From Azolla caroliniana (Eukaryota; Plantae; Polypodiophyta), in the NCBI GenBank assembly GCA_043228905.1, contig JBHGNT010000015.1, positions 15,810,001 to 15,874,000 of the forward strand: a stretch of 64,000 bases of DNA, read 5' to 3'. The notes below the pieces were generated by a model, which did no database searches, had not been told where the DNA came from, and worked only from the letters and a program-made list of their open reading frames with translations. Position numbers and translations under genes: made by a program. This document shows positions 1 to 11,600 of this stretch, piece by piece (positions within the stretch are counted from its first letter, which is position 1; each line of letters begins with the position of its first letter).

Positions 1-1133
1 CTAGTTACTGCCACTATTGAAAGATTGCTACATCCAGTGCAGCCGGGCCGAATCATAGTTGAACTTCATCAAGAGACTGAAATTCACTACTTGAGGCCCA
101 AGCTTCGGATTAATCCCCGCCGCTTTGACCCATTTCTCTACAATCGGAACCGGACAGCCACATTCTTGTATGCACCAGCCTTTGTTGAAGGCAAAGGCTT
201 TTGCTCAGCATCTCTCACCTTCTTGCTGTAAGTTAATTTTGCTTCCATTTGTGTGAGTGAGAGAGAGTGTGTGTATTTGTATTTGTATGTATGTATACAT
301 ATACACGTAATTTATTTCTCGTAAAAAAAACACCGTTGTGCCAAACCTTTTCGCACATATTTACCAGGATATCTGTCAATTCATAAAAATGATGAGCATC
401 ACCCTCACACATGTTTTTTGAGTATCAAACTACCCATCAAATTTAATTAGACTAAACCAAAGGTAATTTTCTCCGCAACTAATTCAGTTCTCATTAGGGA
501 TAAGGTAGGTTGGTCCTCATTAATCCCATTAATATGCCTAACTAAGAATCGATAAACCCCCATGAAAATAAAGGGGAGGCAATTTGGTCATACCAAAAAA
601 CCTGATAGGATGTTCTAGTAATTTGTGAAAGGTGATGGGGGTCTATGTTAATGATCTTCGGAAATTGGCGAAAGTTTGCAAAAGAGTTACTAGGGACATG
701 CCAATGTTTCTTCCTTCTTTCCCCTAAAATGAAGAGTGAGAAATCCTAACCTCACTCTTAGTAACATGAATGATGACACAATGAATTTTGAACTTTTTTT
801 TTCTGTATGTGTGTGTGTGTGTTTAGGTATTCATTGTTCTTCAACCGGAACACGGTGACAATAACTGAGAAGCTGATATGCGGTGGCAATGCTGAAGTGG
901 TGGAGACAGCTGATGGCCAGGAAGTGGTGGGGGCAAGGTTGGAACAAGTCCCACTGCCCAAGTCATATGAAGGGAAGAGATTCCAAGAGCTATTTCTCGG
1001 GATGCTGAGAAATCAACAATGGCTCGTATTAGGGCTATACCGCACTAGCACCATGACTATACCTTACGTATATACGAACCCACCCCAATCTGAGATCCTC
1101 CTTCCCGGAGACCTTGTTTATGTGTTGCAATGA
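1..1133 (+). CDS. 3' end of a BK/Slo-family large-conductance K+ channel alpha subunit (RCK2 region); exons <1..227 and 827..1133, gene starts before the window
   Basis: Frame open from base 1. GT-AG intron 228..826 (ct|gtaag ... tttag|g) rejoins in frame. The peptide IIVEL...APAFVEGKGF...LLYSLFFN...ITEKLICGG...GLYR...YVYTNPP...LLPGDLVYVL resembles the Slo1/Slo2 C-terminus (recalled Slo1 motifs IITEL, PFACG, YVITNPP). Confidence 0.8.
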
Positions 1134-1561
1134 GCTATCACTATTTATTACCTTCAATCGTGTCTCTCTCACACATCTCACACATCTCGATAACAATCCG
1201 GGCAAATGGTATTATAAAAGTCTTGTTGTTGTACAAAGCTTTATTTAATGAAGAATTCATAGGCTGAGAAGAAATCATTTGCAATTTTACATATATGTCT
1301 CTATCTTCTCCTCCCACCTTTTTTTGTCATGATGGGTAAATGTATTCATGACTATGGTATCAAAAATCACAAAACATTTACATTACTAACAAATAAATTG
1401 AAAATATTGTGGCATGACAAGGATCCATATCGTCCTTGGTATCAAGAACTACATGTGCTATGTTGTTGAACTACTAGTGAAACAAACCTCTCAAAATGGA
1501 TGATATGATTGCACTATAGAAATGACAACCAAAGATGAATACATTCTGGATAGTTCAATTA

Positions 1562-4343
1562 TGGTATTAGAACTTGAGGGTTGGTGATCCTTCATTGAGC
1601 TCATGGGGATCACATTCGAATTGATAAGAGTTGTACGTCGAGGATAAGAGCTAAATCAACAAATGAAAGCATGATGGGTAGCACGCTTCCAACAGAGAAG
1701 TTGGACATGCACAACTACACATCTTGGGAGTACAAGATGCACTAGTACCTGGTTGGGTAGGGTTACTACAGTTATACCTAGGGTGCTCAAGAAATAGCCT
1801 CCAATCTCATAAACCTTGACTATACGACATCACATTAACGTGTTTGTTGAGTAATGTACTGCTTGGAAACATGTGTGCAAGATCACATGTTTAGCTATAT
1901 CCGGTACACAAAGGCCCCAAAGGAAGTTTGGAAAATTTTGAAGAAACTTTTCGTAGTTTCAACCATGGGTCAAAAGCTTCAACTCTAGCAAGACTTGAAC
2001 AATATTTGGTAGAGGGATATGTCCATGACGAACTATACCTTCAAGATCAAGGACTTTTGTGATTCACTTGATTGCATCAACTTCACGATCGACCACAACA
2101 AGATGGTACAAATTTGCCTCATTGGCCTCGCACATTAGTATGAAACTTTTCCAACCGGCATAACAACAAGGGAGAACCCCTCAAATTTTATTGGATTGCA
2201 ATCCATATTGATGGTTGAGAAAAACTATCTACAATAAAAAAATGCAATATCTTATGGGTAGATGCTATACACAACAAAGACAGCCAGATTAGGTTCATGG
2301 TCGTGTTAATTGGAGGAGAGTTGGCCAAGGAAGAGGTGGATAAGGTCCACAAGAATTTAATTCCCAAGAGCAAGAAGGTGGAAGAAATCGACGAAATTCC
2401 ACCAACCCACATCAACCAAGCAAAACTAGCAAATAAAGTGTTGGTATTGCAAAAATCGTGGCCACTTCGAAGCAAAGTGTGAGAAGAACAAGAATGAGTC
2501 AGAAGCCTTGCCCTAGCAACAAACAGACTATGTTTCTTTGACTAGTAGAGATAACAAAGGGCTAATTTTTGTCATGTGACACTAGGAGTAAACCTGACAT
2601 CGAGCACTTCCCTACAACCTAATGATATCTAGTTGGTTGACTCAAGAGCCTCAAATCACATGATGAGATATCATGAATGGTTCATGAACCTACGGGATCC
2701 CAAGAAAACTATCTAGCTAGAGACCAATGATGATTCCATACACACAATTGAGCACATTCGGGATGTGGTCTTTAACCATCATCATAACAAAGGCTACATC
2801 AAGGACGTATTGCATGTCCCAATCATCACAAAGAATTTGGTCTCAGTTGGCCAAATTGTTGAGCAAGGAATGGAAGTATGACTCAACCATGGAGGTTGGT
2901 TCATCACGGACAAGGATCGGTATATCACTAGTGCAAGAAGAGAAGGTCACATGTTTATCCTCGACACAACAAGGTCGAAACCAACATTGACACACACAGT
3001 AAACACAACAAATATCTAGTTGTGGTATAAGAGATTTGGCCATGTAAACCTCCATAAACTCCAATCAATATAGTAAAAAGGAGTTGTGCATAGCTTGTAG
3101 CAATTTACTCTAAAAAATCTCGACTATGCATTCATTCCTAAATGACAGGATTCATGTGAGTAAAGGCTTGTTGAACTTCATCCACTTGAACATATGGGGC
3201 CTAGCTTTGAATGAGAGATTGGGTGGGTGTATGTATTTCGTTACTTTCATCGATGATTATTAGTAGCATACCTAGATATGTCTGATGAAGACAAGGAAAC
3301 TTGTGGCATAGACTATAATGAGGAAACTTTTGCCTCAATGGCAAAAATGAATGTCAGGATGACAATAATTGTGCTCGCAACAATGCACGAGTACTACTTG
3401 TGTTAAATGGTATGAAGAATGCGCTCTTCCAAAGTGAGCTCAAGGAGGTTTACATGATGCAACCATCTCGATGTGGTTTGGCGATCAAAGAAGCTGCTCT
3501 ATAGGTTGTCCGGTTGCATATGAAGTAGTGTGGCTTCAAAAACTATTGAAAGACTTCAATGAGTTGGTCAACAAGCCGATTGTGATTTACTATGATAATC
3601 CCAACAACTAACTAGAAAAGAATCTGATGTTTCACACTCGAACCAAGCACATTGACACACACAACAACTATATCAATGAGTGGATATTAGCCAGAGACAT
3701 CAACCTCCAATACTTTTGGCACAGACAAGCAAATGACCAATATTTTCACAAAGGTCTTCGATCTCAAGCCTATGCTTGTCTTACCCCACCCCCCTTATAA
3801 TTTGTCTCATCATGAGTGTTAATTCCATGCTTCAAAAAGTCTTCCTACAACTTACCAAATCGAGTCAAATAAAGTGTGTCAGTCTTACTTTGTCAATTTT
3901 GGTCTCACTCTTCCTCTTCTCCATCGGCTTTATCTCATCTCTCTTTATTTTCATTGGTATTATCTATCGAGCTCTTTGTTGTGCTTATCTTCTTTCTCCA
4001 TCGGGTCCTCTAGGTTCTTTCCATTTGCTTGGGCATGACTCCTTTCATTGTAGGCACGAAGAACTAGATTGTAATGTCTAGTTAGTTGTCAAGTGTAAAT
4101 GTTGTTAAAGAATATTAGATATTCTTAGGATAGATTTGTATTTGGTTGGATGTCTACGATTAGACTCCACCAACTACATTTAATGCAATATCTATCTAAA
4201 TCCCATTGAGTTTCATTGGGGTTTCCTTAGTTGATAAATATAGTTTTGATCTCTTTTGTGCATAAGCTCTTACCTCCCTCCCGTGTGCATTTCATTTCTC
4301 ATTGTTTTCTCTTATTCCTTCTCTTGTTCACACATCCACAACA
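1562..4343 (+). mobile_element. Highly degenerate Ty1/copia LTR retrotransposon relic
   Basis: Degenerate PBS tggtattagaac at 1562. Gag start LPTEKLD..NY.SWEYKMH near 1685 is homologous to the element at 20498-26439. Protease DSxASNHM-like near 2640, integrase/RT/RNaseH remnants (FHTRTKHID near 3630), many stops. Candidate LTR TGTTG...CAACA at 4100..4343. Confidence 0.8.
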
Positions 4344-5323
4344 TTGTTGCACACCCCGACTCTACGATAGTTGACATTCTTTATAGTACCTAAGATAATT
4401 GTGTGGTGAACAAACAAGTGAACAGACTTTATCGTCACCTCCTACAAATTCACACGTAGATTGAAGCTCATTGAATCAGAACTTGACATGAAAGATTTGT
4501 GATAATCCTCACTCGGCCGCAAATCACATATGATCTAATAAAATATTTTTTGGTTATATATAAATTATAACAACTCACAATAATCTTAGTAAGTTTGCGA
4601 GATATAATCAAGGCTAATATCCTTGCAACCCTATTATACAGAGTGGCTAGATTAGGTTTTCAAAAAGAGACAACCAATTGAAATCTTGGAGTACGATTTC
4701 CACTTCCGCCGGACCAAAACCACCCACATTAGGATTATTCGTCAATGGTTGATTGCCTTTGATGAATTCACCTTCTAAAATGATAAGTTGTGGACCGGGC
4801 GGGATATATCGGTAACGTCACCACTCTTTGATAATTCTTCAATAACAAAATTGTAACCACCTTTCCCCTCTCTACAAACTACCTTCTTTATTTTTCCTAT
4901 TGTTGATGCGACACATAAACCGTGTTGTTGCTTAAATTATATTTGCTCTCTACCCTTATTTCCCCCCAACATAAATTGGATATTTTAGAACAATATTAGA
5001 GGCGAAAATAACACAAACAAGCGAAAACACAAGAACAACTCAACATGAAAGTAAAGTGCAAAGGCGTCTCTTGAAGCGAATTCTCGGATCGAATAGATAT
5101 AGTTGAAGACATTTAACGTCAGAAACTCAAGAACATTGAATCATCTTACGGAGCGGAGCGAACCCAATATGGCTTCGTTGGTTCAAGTCAGTGGTGGGAG
5201 GTCCCGCTCCACAACTTCACAAGCGTAATATGCACGCGTTAAGGAGGCCATGGATGAGAGCTAACACCAGTACCACTAGTAGCGACGGGTTTCGGGGCTA
5301 GTGTCCCCTCATGTACATATGTG

Positions 5324-5325
<2 letters not shown>

Positions 5326-5385
<60 letters not shown>

Positions 5386-5704
5386 GATGTACGTACATTC
5401 GAGATTGGTGTCCCCTCGTGTATGTGCATATGTGCATACGTACGTATGTGTGTCTATGTATGTATGTATGTATGTATGTATGTATGTATGTATGTTATGT
5501 TATGTTATGTTATGTTATGTTATGTTATGCTATGTTATGTTATGTTATGCTATGCTATGCTATGCTATGCTATGCTATGCTATGCTATGCTATGCTATGC
5601 TATGCTATGCTATGCTATGCTATGTTATGTTATGTTATGTTATGTTATGTTATGTTATGTTATGCTATGCTATGTTATGCTATGCTATGCTATGCTATGT
5701 TATG
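5326..5704. repeat. Compound microsatellite (TG)n, (TATG)n, (TATGT/TATGC)n
   Basis: Directly visible. It generates the spurious CVCV/MLCYV ORFs. Confidence 0.97.
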
Positions 5705-7376
5705 TTTTTTTTTTTTTTTTTTAAAAAGATATCCTGTCATTAGTATAGTCATTTTACAAGATTCAAAGTTCTATGTAATTGGGGGGGGAAACAACCATTT
5801 CGGAGGTTGATAATGCCAATAAGGAGTACCACAGTTGGCTGTCATGAATGGAGAAGGTTTCCATATAGTGATAAACTCATGCCGTTGAGCAATCTTAGCA
5901 TCAGAGTCACCAATAATACCATCCCATTGTCCCTTCAAAGTATGCACTATGTCTAACCAAATATTTGAGACCAATTCGGCCGGTGGTGTTTTCAGTTGTT
6001 GGAAAATAAGAGAGCACCTAGTCTTCCAAATATGATATATAGTGGTACTACTCAATATCTCCCATACTGGTTGGACTTCCTTTCGTATTCCTGTAAACTG
6101 TAGTGACAACAATGGTACTTTATGTACTCTTCCAAAATTAGTGCAAAATCCATGGTCCATTGATTCGTTATCATAATGAAATACATCACGGACAAGAGAT
6201 GTCCAAACCACCATACCCCAAGTGAAAACCAACGGGGAGAAATAATTAGCAAAAATTCTAAGGAGACGTTGCCATATCAATTGAGACTCAATACATTCCC
6301 ATAAGCAATGTTTTTGAGTTTCCATTTGTAAACGACATCGTGCGCAAGTAGACTCTACTCCCATCCTATGCAGCCATGTGCCAACTGGCAAGGCTCGATG
6401 TACAAGCAACCACTGTACATGCAATATTTGGTGTGGCTGTTTTCTAGCCCATAACACTACCCAAAAATTTGCCAGGAATTGGGGAGTAATACCTTGTTGA
6501 TTCCAAAATTGAAAAGCAGCCGGTGTCACATCTCGTATATCTGAAAGCACATGTCTTCCTAACTGTACAGAATATTGGAAAAAATTAAATTTGTTACCCG
6601 TAAAAGGGTCTGTCCACTGATAATCCATTGGGTCCCATTCTAATCTGAAAACCGGTATTTTAGCCAACACCCACAACTTCCAATGTGCCTTTATTTCCCC
6701 AATCATTGGGTCAATGTACCATTTCCGGTCAGCATATCCGATGATTCTTATCTTGTGTTCCATAGCATAAGGGTAATCTATCCTCATTTCCCCGGATTGT
6801 GTCAATTGGTTTGCTTCATCCACCTCAAAGGATCGGTAGGTCTTATCATCTGAATATCCTTTAACAGCCAAGAGTACTTCCAATCTTGAAAAGACCCCAA
6901 CCCATCTGTGATTAGAGTTATTGGGTGGAATAGGAAATCTACTCATAGCCTCTTGAATTTGTTGGTACATTATTTGTCCCCCATGCATACTACCTAGGAT
7001 TTCTTTTTGTTCTTCCCATGACCTTGATAAAAAACGTTGCCATGTCTGAACAGTTTTTGCAGGACCTTCTGCCATTTTTCCCCATGATAACCATTGTCTA
7101 GAACCCAACAGCGAACCATCTGATGTTGTAAACAACGGATTCCAAACTATCCTTTGTCTAATATACTCAATATAATGATTGGGCTTAGGTTTATTGCGAA
7201 GCAAACCAGGTAATACTTGTTTCCATGCCGAAAATACTGTTCTAATAAACCTGTCTTCCCACTTGTTAGCTGCAGGTACTCTGAAATTTTCCCTAAATAT
7301 CCAGTTTACATCCTTAAACCAAGGGGCACCTAATCGAGGAAAGCAGTCTGAACAGCGGTCGAGTAATAGTATTTTT
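5705..7376 (-). mobile_element. 5'-truncated LINE (L1-like ORF2 C-terminus with zf-RVT domain) with poly(A) tail
   Basis: Uninterrupted frame from about 7376 to the stop at 5771. Motifs WLLVHRALPV, CARC...ETQKHCLWEC and IWKTRC..IF. Poly(T) at 5705-5722 on + is the 3' tail. Pentamer satellite lies on both sides. Confidence 0.9.
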
Positions 7377-7646
7377 ATGTTATGTTATGTTATGTTATGT
7401 TATGTTATGTTATGTTATGCTATGCTATGCTATGTTATGCTATGCTATGTTATGTTATGTTATGTTATGCTATGCTATGCTATGTTATGTTATGTTATGC
7501 TATGCTATGCTATGCTATGCTATGTTATGTTATGTTATGTTATGCTATGCTATGCTATGTTATGTTATGTTATGTTATGTTATGCTATGCTATGTTATGT
7601 TATGTTATGGTATGTTATGTTAGGTTATGTTATGTGTTATGTTATG
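7377..7646. repeat. (TATGT/TATGC)n pentanucleotide satellite, continuing the array at 5491-5704
   Basis: Directly visible. Confidence 0.97.
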
Positions 7647-7745
7647 GCATCATGGAAAGAAAAATCTTTATGTGGATGGGGGGGAGGGCCTTATCCTAAT
7701 GAGAAAGATATTTCTTTTTTTTTTGAGGGTTTTAGGGCTCTTTTT

Positions 7746-7774
7746 CTAGGGTTAGGGTTAGGGTTAGGGTTTAG
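7746..7774 (+). promoter_or_regulatory. Telomere-like tract AGGG(TTAGGG)3 plus telo-box (AAACCCTA on - strand) upstream of the S1 gene
   Basis: ctagggttagggttagggttagggtttag about 125 nt before the ATG at 7896. Telo-boxes are known in promoters/5'UTRs of plant translation-related genes. Confidence 0.6.
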
Positions 7775-7895
7775 TGCGTGGAAAGAAGAGCCTTCTTCTT
7801 CTTCTTCTTTTTTCTCTCTTTTTCTGATCAGAAATAATATGTACTCAGACCTCATTTCTTCTTCTGTCTCCCCTCCTCCTCCTGCCTTCTCTGCC

Positions 7896-8657
7896 ATGAG
7901 GTCCCTCACCGCCATCGCTAACCTCGCCTCCTGCAGCAAAGCTTCTTCTTCCCCTTCCTCTTCTTCTGCTTCTTCTGCCCTGCGGATGAGACTCTCTTCT
8001 CCTTCTTCTTCTTCTTCTTCTTCTTCTTCTTCTTCTTCTTCTTCTTTCCTCGGTAGCTCAGCTCGCCTGCAGTCTGCCGTTTCTGCCGATCATCCCCGCC
8101 TCAAACAGGTACCACCATTCCCTTCTGGTCTTCCCCTCCCTTCCCCTCCCCTTTCTTCTTCTTCTTCTTCTTCCTCCGCTAGGTCGGTTAGGATTATGGC
8201 GATGACCTCTTCCTACGACTCTTCCTCGAGGCCACCGCGAAGGAATTACAGGAGGGAGCCAAGGCCTTCTGTGTCAGAGCTCGACCTCGAAGAGGAAGTG
8301 GCACGCATTGATATGGACCCAGCCAAAATGATGCAACCTACCGATCCGAATGCTCTGAAAGCTGTGATCAAAGAGGTTATGCCGGTAGGATACTTTGTAG
8401 ATCTCCCCACAGGCCGCGTAGGTTACCTGCCTGCTCAAGACTTAGGGTTTTCAGGTGGTCTTGCCGTCCTCCAGAGGCTTTTCAAGGAAGGCCAGGAGAT
8501 ATATGTGAGGATCGTGTGCAGGGGTGGTGCTGGAAGGGAGATTATCTCATGCAAGAAGCCTGAGTTTGCACCTCCGAGCGAGCAGAAGACGATCGAGAGC
8601 ATGCGGCTCCACTTTGAGAACGAGAAGAAGAATCAAGGGCGACCTCGACGCCGATGA
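7896..8657 (+). CDS. Intronless S1 (OB-fold) RNA-binding domain protein, 253 aa, with Ser-rich chloroplast transit peptide
   Basis: ATG at 7896 (gccATGa) within the long ORF. N-terminus is Ser/Ala-rich and acid-poor. AVIKEVMPVGYFVDLPTGRVGYLPAQDL...FKEGQEIYVRIV fits the S1 consensus (V..V...G.FVDL...G.L...L...G..V.V.V). Confidence 0.8.
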   Translation: MRSLTAIANLASCSKASSSPSSSSASSALRMRLSSPSSSSSSSSSSSSSSFLGSSARLQSAVSADHPRLKQVPPFPSGLPLPSPPLSSSSSSSSARSVRIMAMTSSYDSSSRPPRRNYRREPRPSVSELDLEEEVARIDMDPAKMMQPTDPNALKAVIKEVMPVGYFVDLPTGRVGYLPAQDLGFSGGLAVLQRLFKEGQEIYVRIVCRGGAGREIISCKKPEFAPPSEQKTIESMRLHFENEKKNQGRPRRR

Positions 8658-11600
8658 TGAGAGCTATGTCATGCACAAGGCCCGGCTTTGGTGGTGCAGG
8701 AGTGAGTTGTTTCTTGTGAGGGCCAATAGAGGAAGGATGAAGACTGAATGAACGAAGGATATGGCGTGCAAGGTGTGATCATTTTTGTGTTCCTGAAGAA
8801 CTGCTACTTTTTTATTATTTCTTCTTGCTCTCTCTCTGGGGTATTGCCGTATGTGATTGTTAGGTCTAAACTTATATTCTCCTGTGCTGTAATGGATTCT
8901 ACTTACTCTATATTATATGCAGATATAGTCTCTTTGATCTTGTCTATGTGTGTGGAGGTGTTTTCGTTTCCTGTTAGTAATCATTTTGCTTATGTAGTAA
9001 CAACCTTCTCTTTTGAATGAATGTAGTGTTTTTGTTCATGTTCTTGCTAATGTTCATCTTGTTCTATGCGTAAAACATTGTTGTAGTAGGAGCTTGTTCA
9101 CTATATAATGATCTGGTTTCATCATGGGGTCATGTGGCTATATGGGGCTAATCTTCATGAGTGGTTGGTAATAAGTCTCATGAGGGTTCAAAGTCAATGA
9201 AATTATCCTGGTAAGTAGTGATTATGATACTAATGACAATGAATATTTGCCGAACAATGGTAATGAATGGAGGGACGAATCCTCAATGAGTGATAAATAA
9301 TAAGTCTTCTGAGGATTAAAAGTCAGTAAAATTATACTCTGGAAGTAATGATCACGAGAATAATGACAAAATGGGATTCAAGAAAGCAAGCCTTATATAT
9401 ATGTGTGGCAGATGGTGTGGTGATGCTTCTTGTATGTTGATCTAGAGTTTACATATCTAAATATGGGACCAGTTTATGCACATATGCTGCTTATCTGGTT
9501 GGATCTATATTTTAAATTGTTGCTCATTTTAGCAATTCGTTTGTTAATGTAATGAATCTTTCCATGTTACTGATGTATAGAATGGATGTTGGGATTTCTT
9601 TCATTCTTATCTAATTGAAAATATTATATGCAACAAATCGGCATTGTTCTAGTCTTGTGGCTATGTAACTGACTGCACATGGGAGGTGCTATGTGATCAG
9701 TCCTTTCTGTTCTCTATTGTGCCCGTGGAACTGATCTGATGTAGTTCTTAATTATATTGTTGCATAATTCTTAAAGAGTACAGACTTGAAATAGAAATGT
9801 TGAATTGTGAGCGCTGTGTGCCATTGAATGAAAACATCTGTTCAATTCTCCTGCTTTTTCTTCATATATGGAATAAGTGATGTGAAAATTGTGGTGTATT
9901 TAGGTGTGTTCACAAAATCAGACTAATGATTGGTAAGGACTGAGATGTGAATTTAGTCAACAGAGGTAGAGTTGGTTGGTATTGTGACATCCTAAAATGG
10001 CCTTTTACTGGTGCATTTCATCAGTGTTGATACTCCGATTTCATGCTAGAGACTTTGAAGGTAAGCCTGGTAACTCATTTAAGCAATGGTGCCATATTTC
10101 TTTGCTAGATTGTATGAAACTCATCAGAATTCTTACCTAGTATTTGTCATGTTCATGAGGTTAGGTATTATTATTGAGATGCAAATCAAGAATTGATTGA
10201 GAAACTATATATATGATCATGTCAATTGCCCATGTCTTTTAGCATAAATGCACAATATGGTGTTTGGATCTCACTGTGCGTTGTCTTATAATTCTACCTA
10301 GGCAGAGTGGAGTACTATGCGCCACTGTTAATGGACTCACTTCAATCATCTCCCTTGCCAAATCAACTTGTTGGAGATTTCCACTTAGTCCATTGTCATT
10401 TGCTATTGTTACACATCCTTTACTAGCAGATGGCAAGTGATGGTTATATTTTGGGTGTACTAGCAAAGGCTAGTTGACAACTCTTTTATGTTTTCAGAAG
10501 CCTTCAAACAAAAGGTTGGAAGGGGTTTCAAGTGCAGAATATTAATTTGTTGGAGCTTCGAAAGTTTCACCTTATGTCTTTTACAAGGTTGAAATTAGAA
10601 TGTTTGGGATGGGAATGGGTCCAATGATTGACCCTTCCCATCTTTTGGCATTTGATGTATCCAATAGGAATCGATGTTGTGAATGCCTAACTAATGTAGT
10701 GGATTAGGAGTAGGTTGAGGGAAAGTAAGAGAGAGAATTTAGGATGGAGTTCTTGCGCAACATTGTCTTCACACATTGGAAATAGTTAGTATGATTCTCA
10801 ATATGCCTTTGCTCACTTGTGCCCGTGAGCAAGTGTCGCTTTGCAGAAATGTCTCTCCATAGAGATGTCTCTAAGAGGCGAGTTCGCATGATCACCATCG
10901 AAAATGCCATGAACTCAATTCATGATATTCGGCATTGTGAATTCGGCTTATGTAATTGTCATCACATGGTAGTCCTTGTGAGCCTCGTAATTGAGACCAT
11001 GGTGGTCCTTATCACAAATCAATTACACGTATTGTGTTCTCAAGGTGGGGCTGCATATGCATTTTCTCATAGATTGTGTTTGTCGACGAAGGGGATTTGC
11101 AAAGTGTGGTATTCATGAATTGAGCTCGGGTAATTGTCCTTTCGGTTTGCAATCGGTGGTCTCACATTCATCGGCTACTCTACATATTCATGTCATCGTG
11201 TGTTTGCCTACTAGTGCGCTTGCGAAAGAAATGTTGGCATGGACTCATGGACTCGTGGCACGAAGTGAAGTGCTTGTGAGAGCAATGGTGTATGCAGCAA
11301 AGAGAGCATTTGGAAAGATGAATGTCTTGTGTGGATGGAAGTAGATTGCAACTAATTGCAATTAGCCATGGAGAAATTGGGGAGGTGTTTCATGCCTTTA
11401 AATTGAAATGCCCAAAATAGATATCTATTGTGTATTCTTTGGAATACGAAAAAAAACAGCCTAATTGGGCTGAGAAAATGTTATTCTTTGGTTGCATTCC
11501 ACCCGTCGTACGATTAGGTGGGCTATGTTGGTGGAAATTTGTTTTAATTACACATCAATTCGTAACAATGTACTAGAACTCGAGAAGTTTTTGAAACACG

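Noticed and set aside
5301-7699. ORFs of CVCV/MLCYV repeats and the first 239 codons of the 492-aa ORF
   Set aside because: Translations of microsatellites and the LINE antisense strand; the real gene starts at 7896.
7746-7774. Telomerase RNA template or chromosome end
   Set aside because: Only four units, no USE/TATA Pol III promoter seen, and it sits in an mRNA upstream region.
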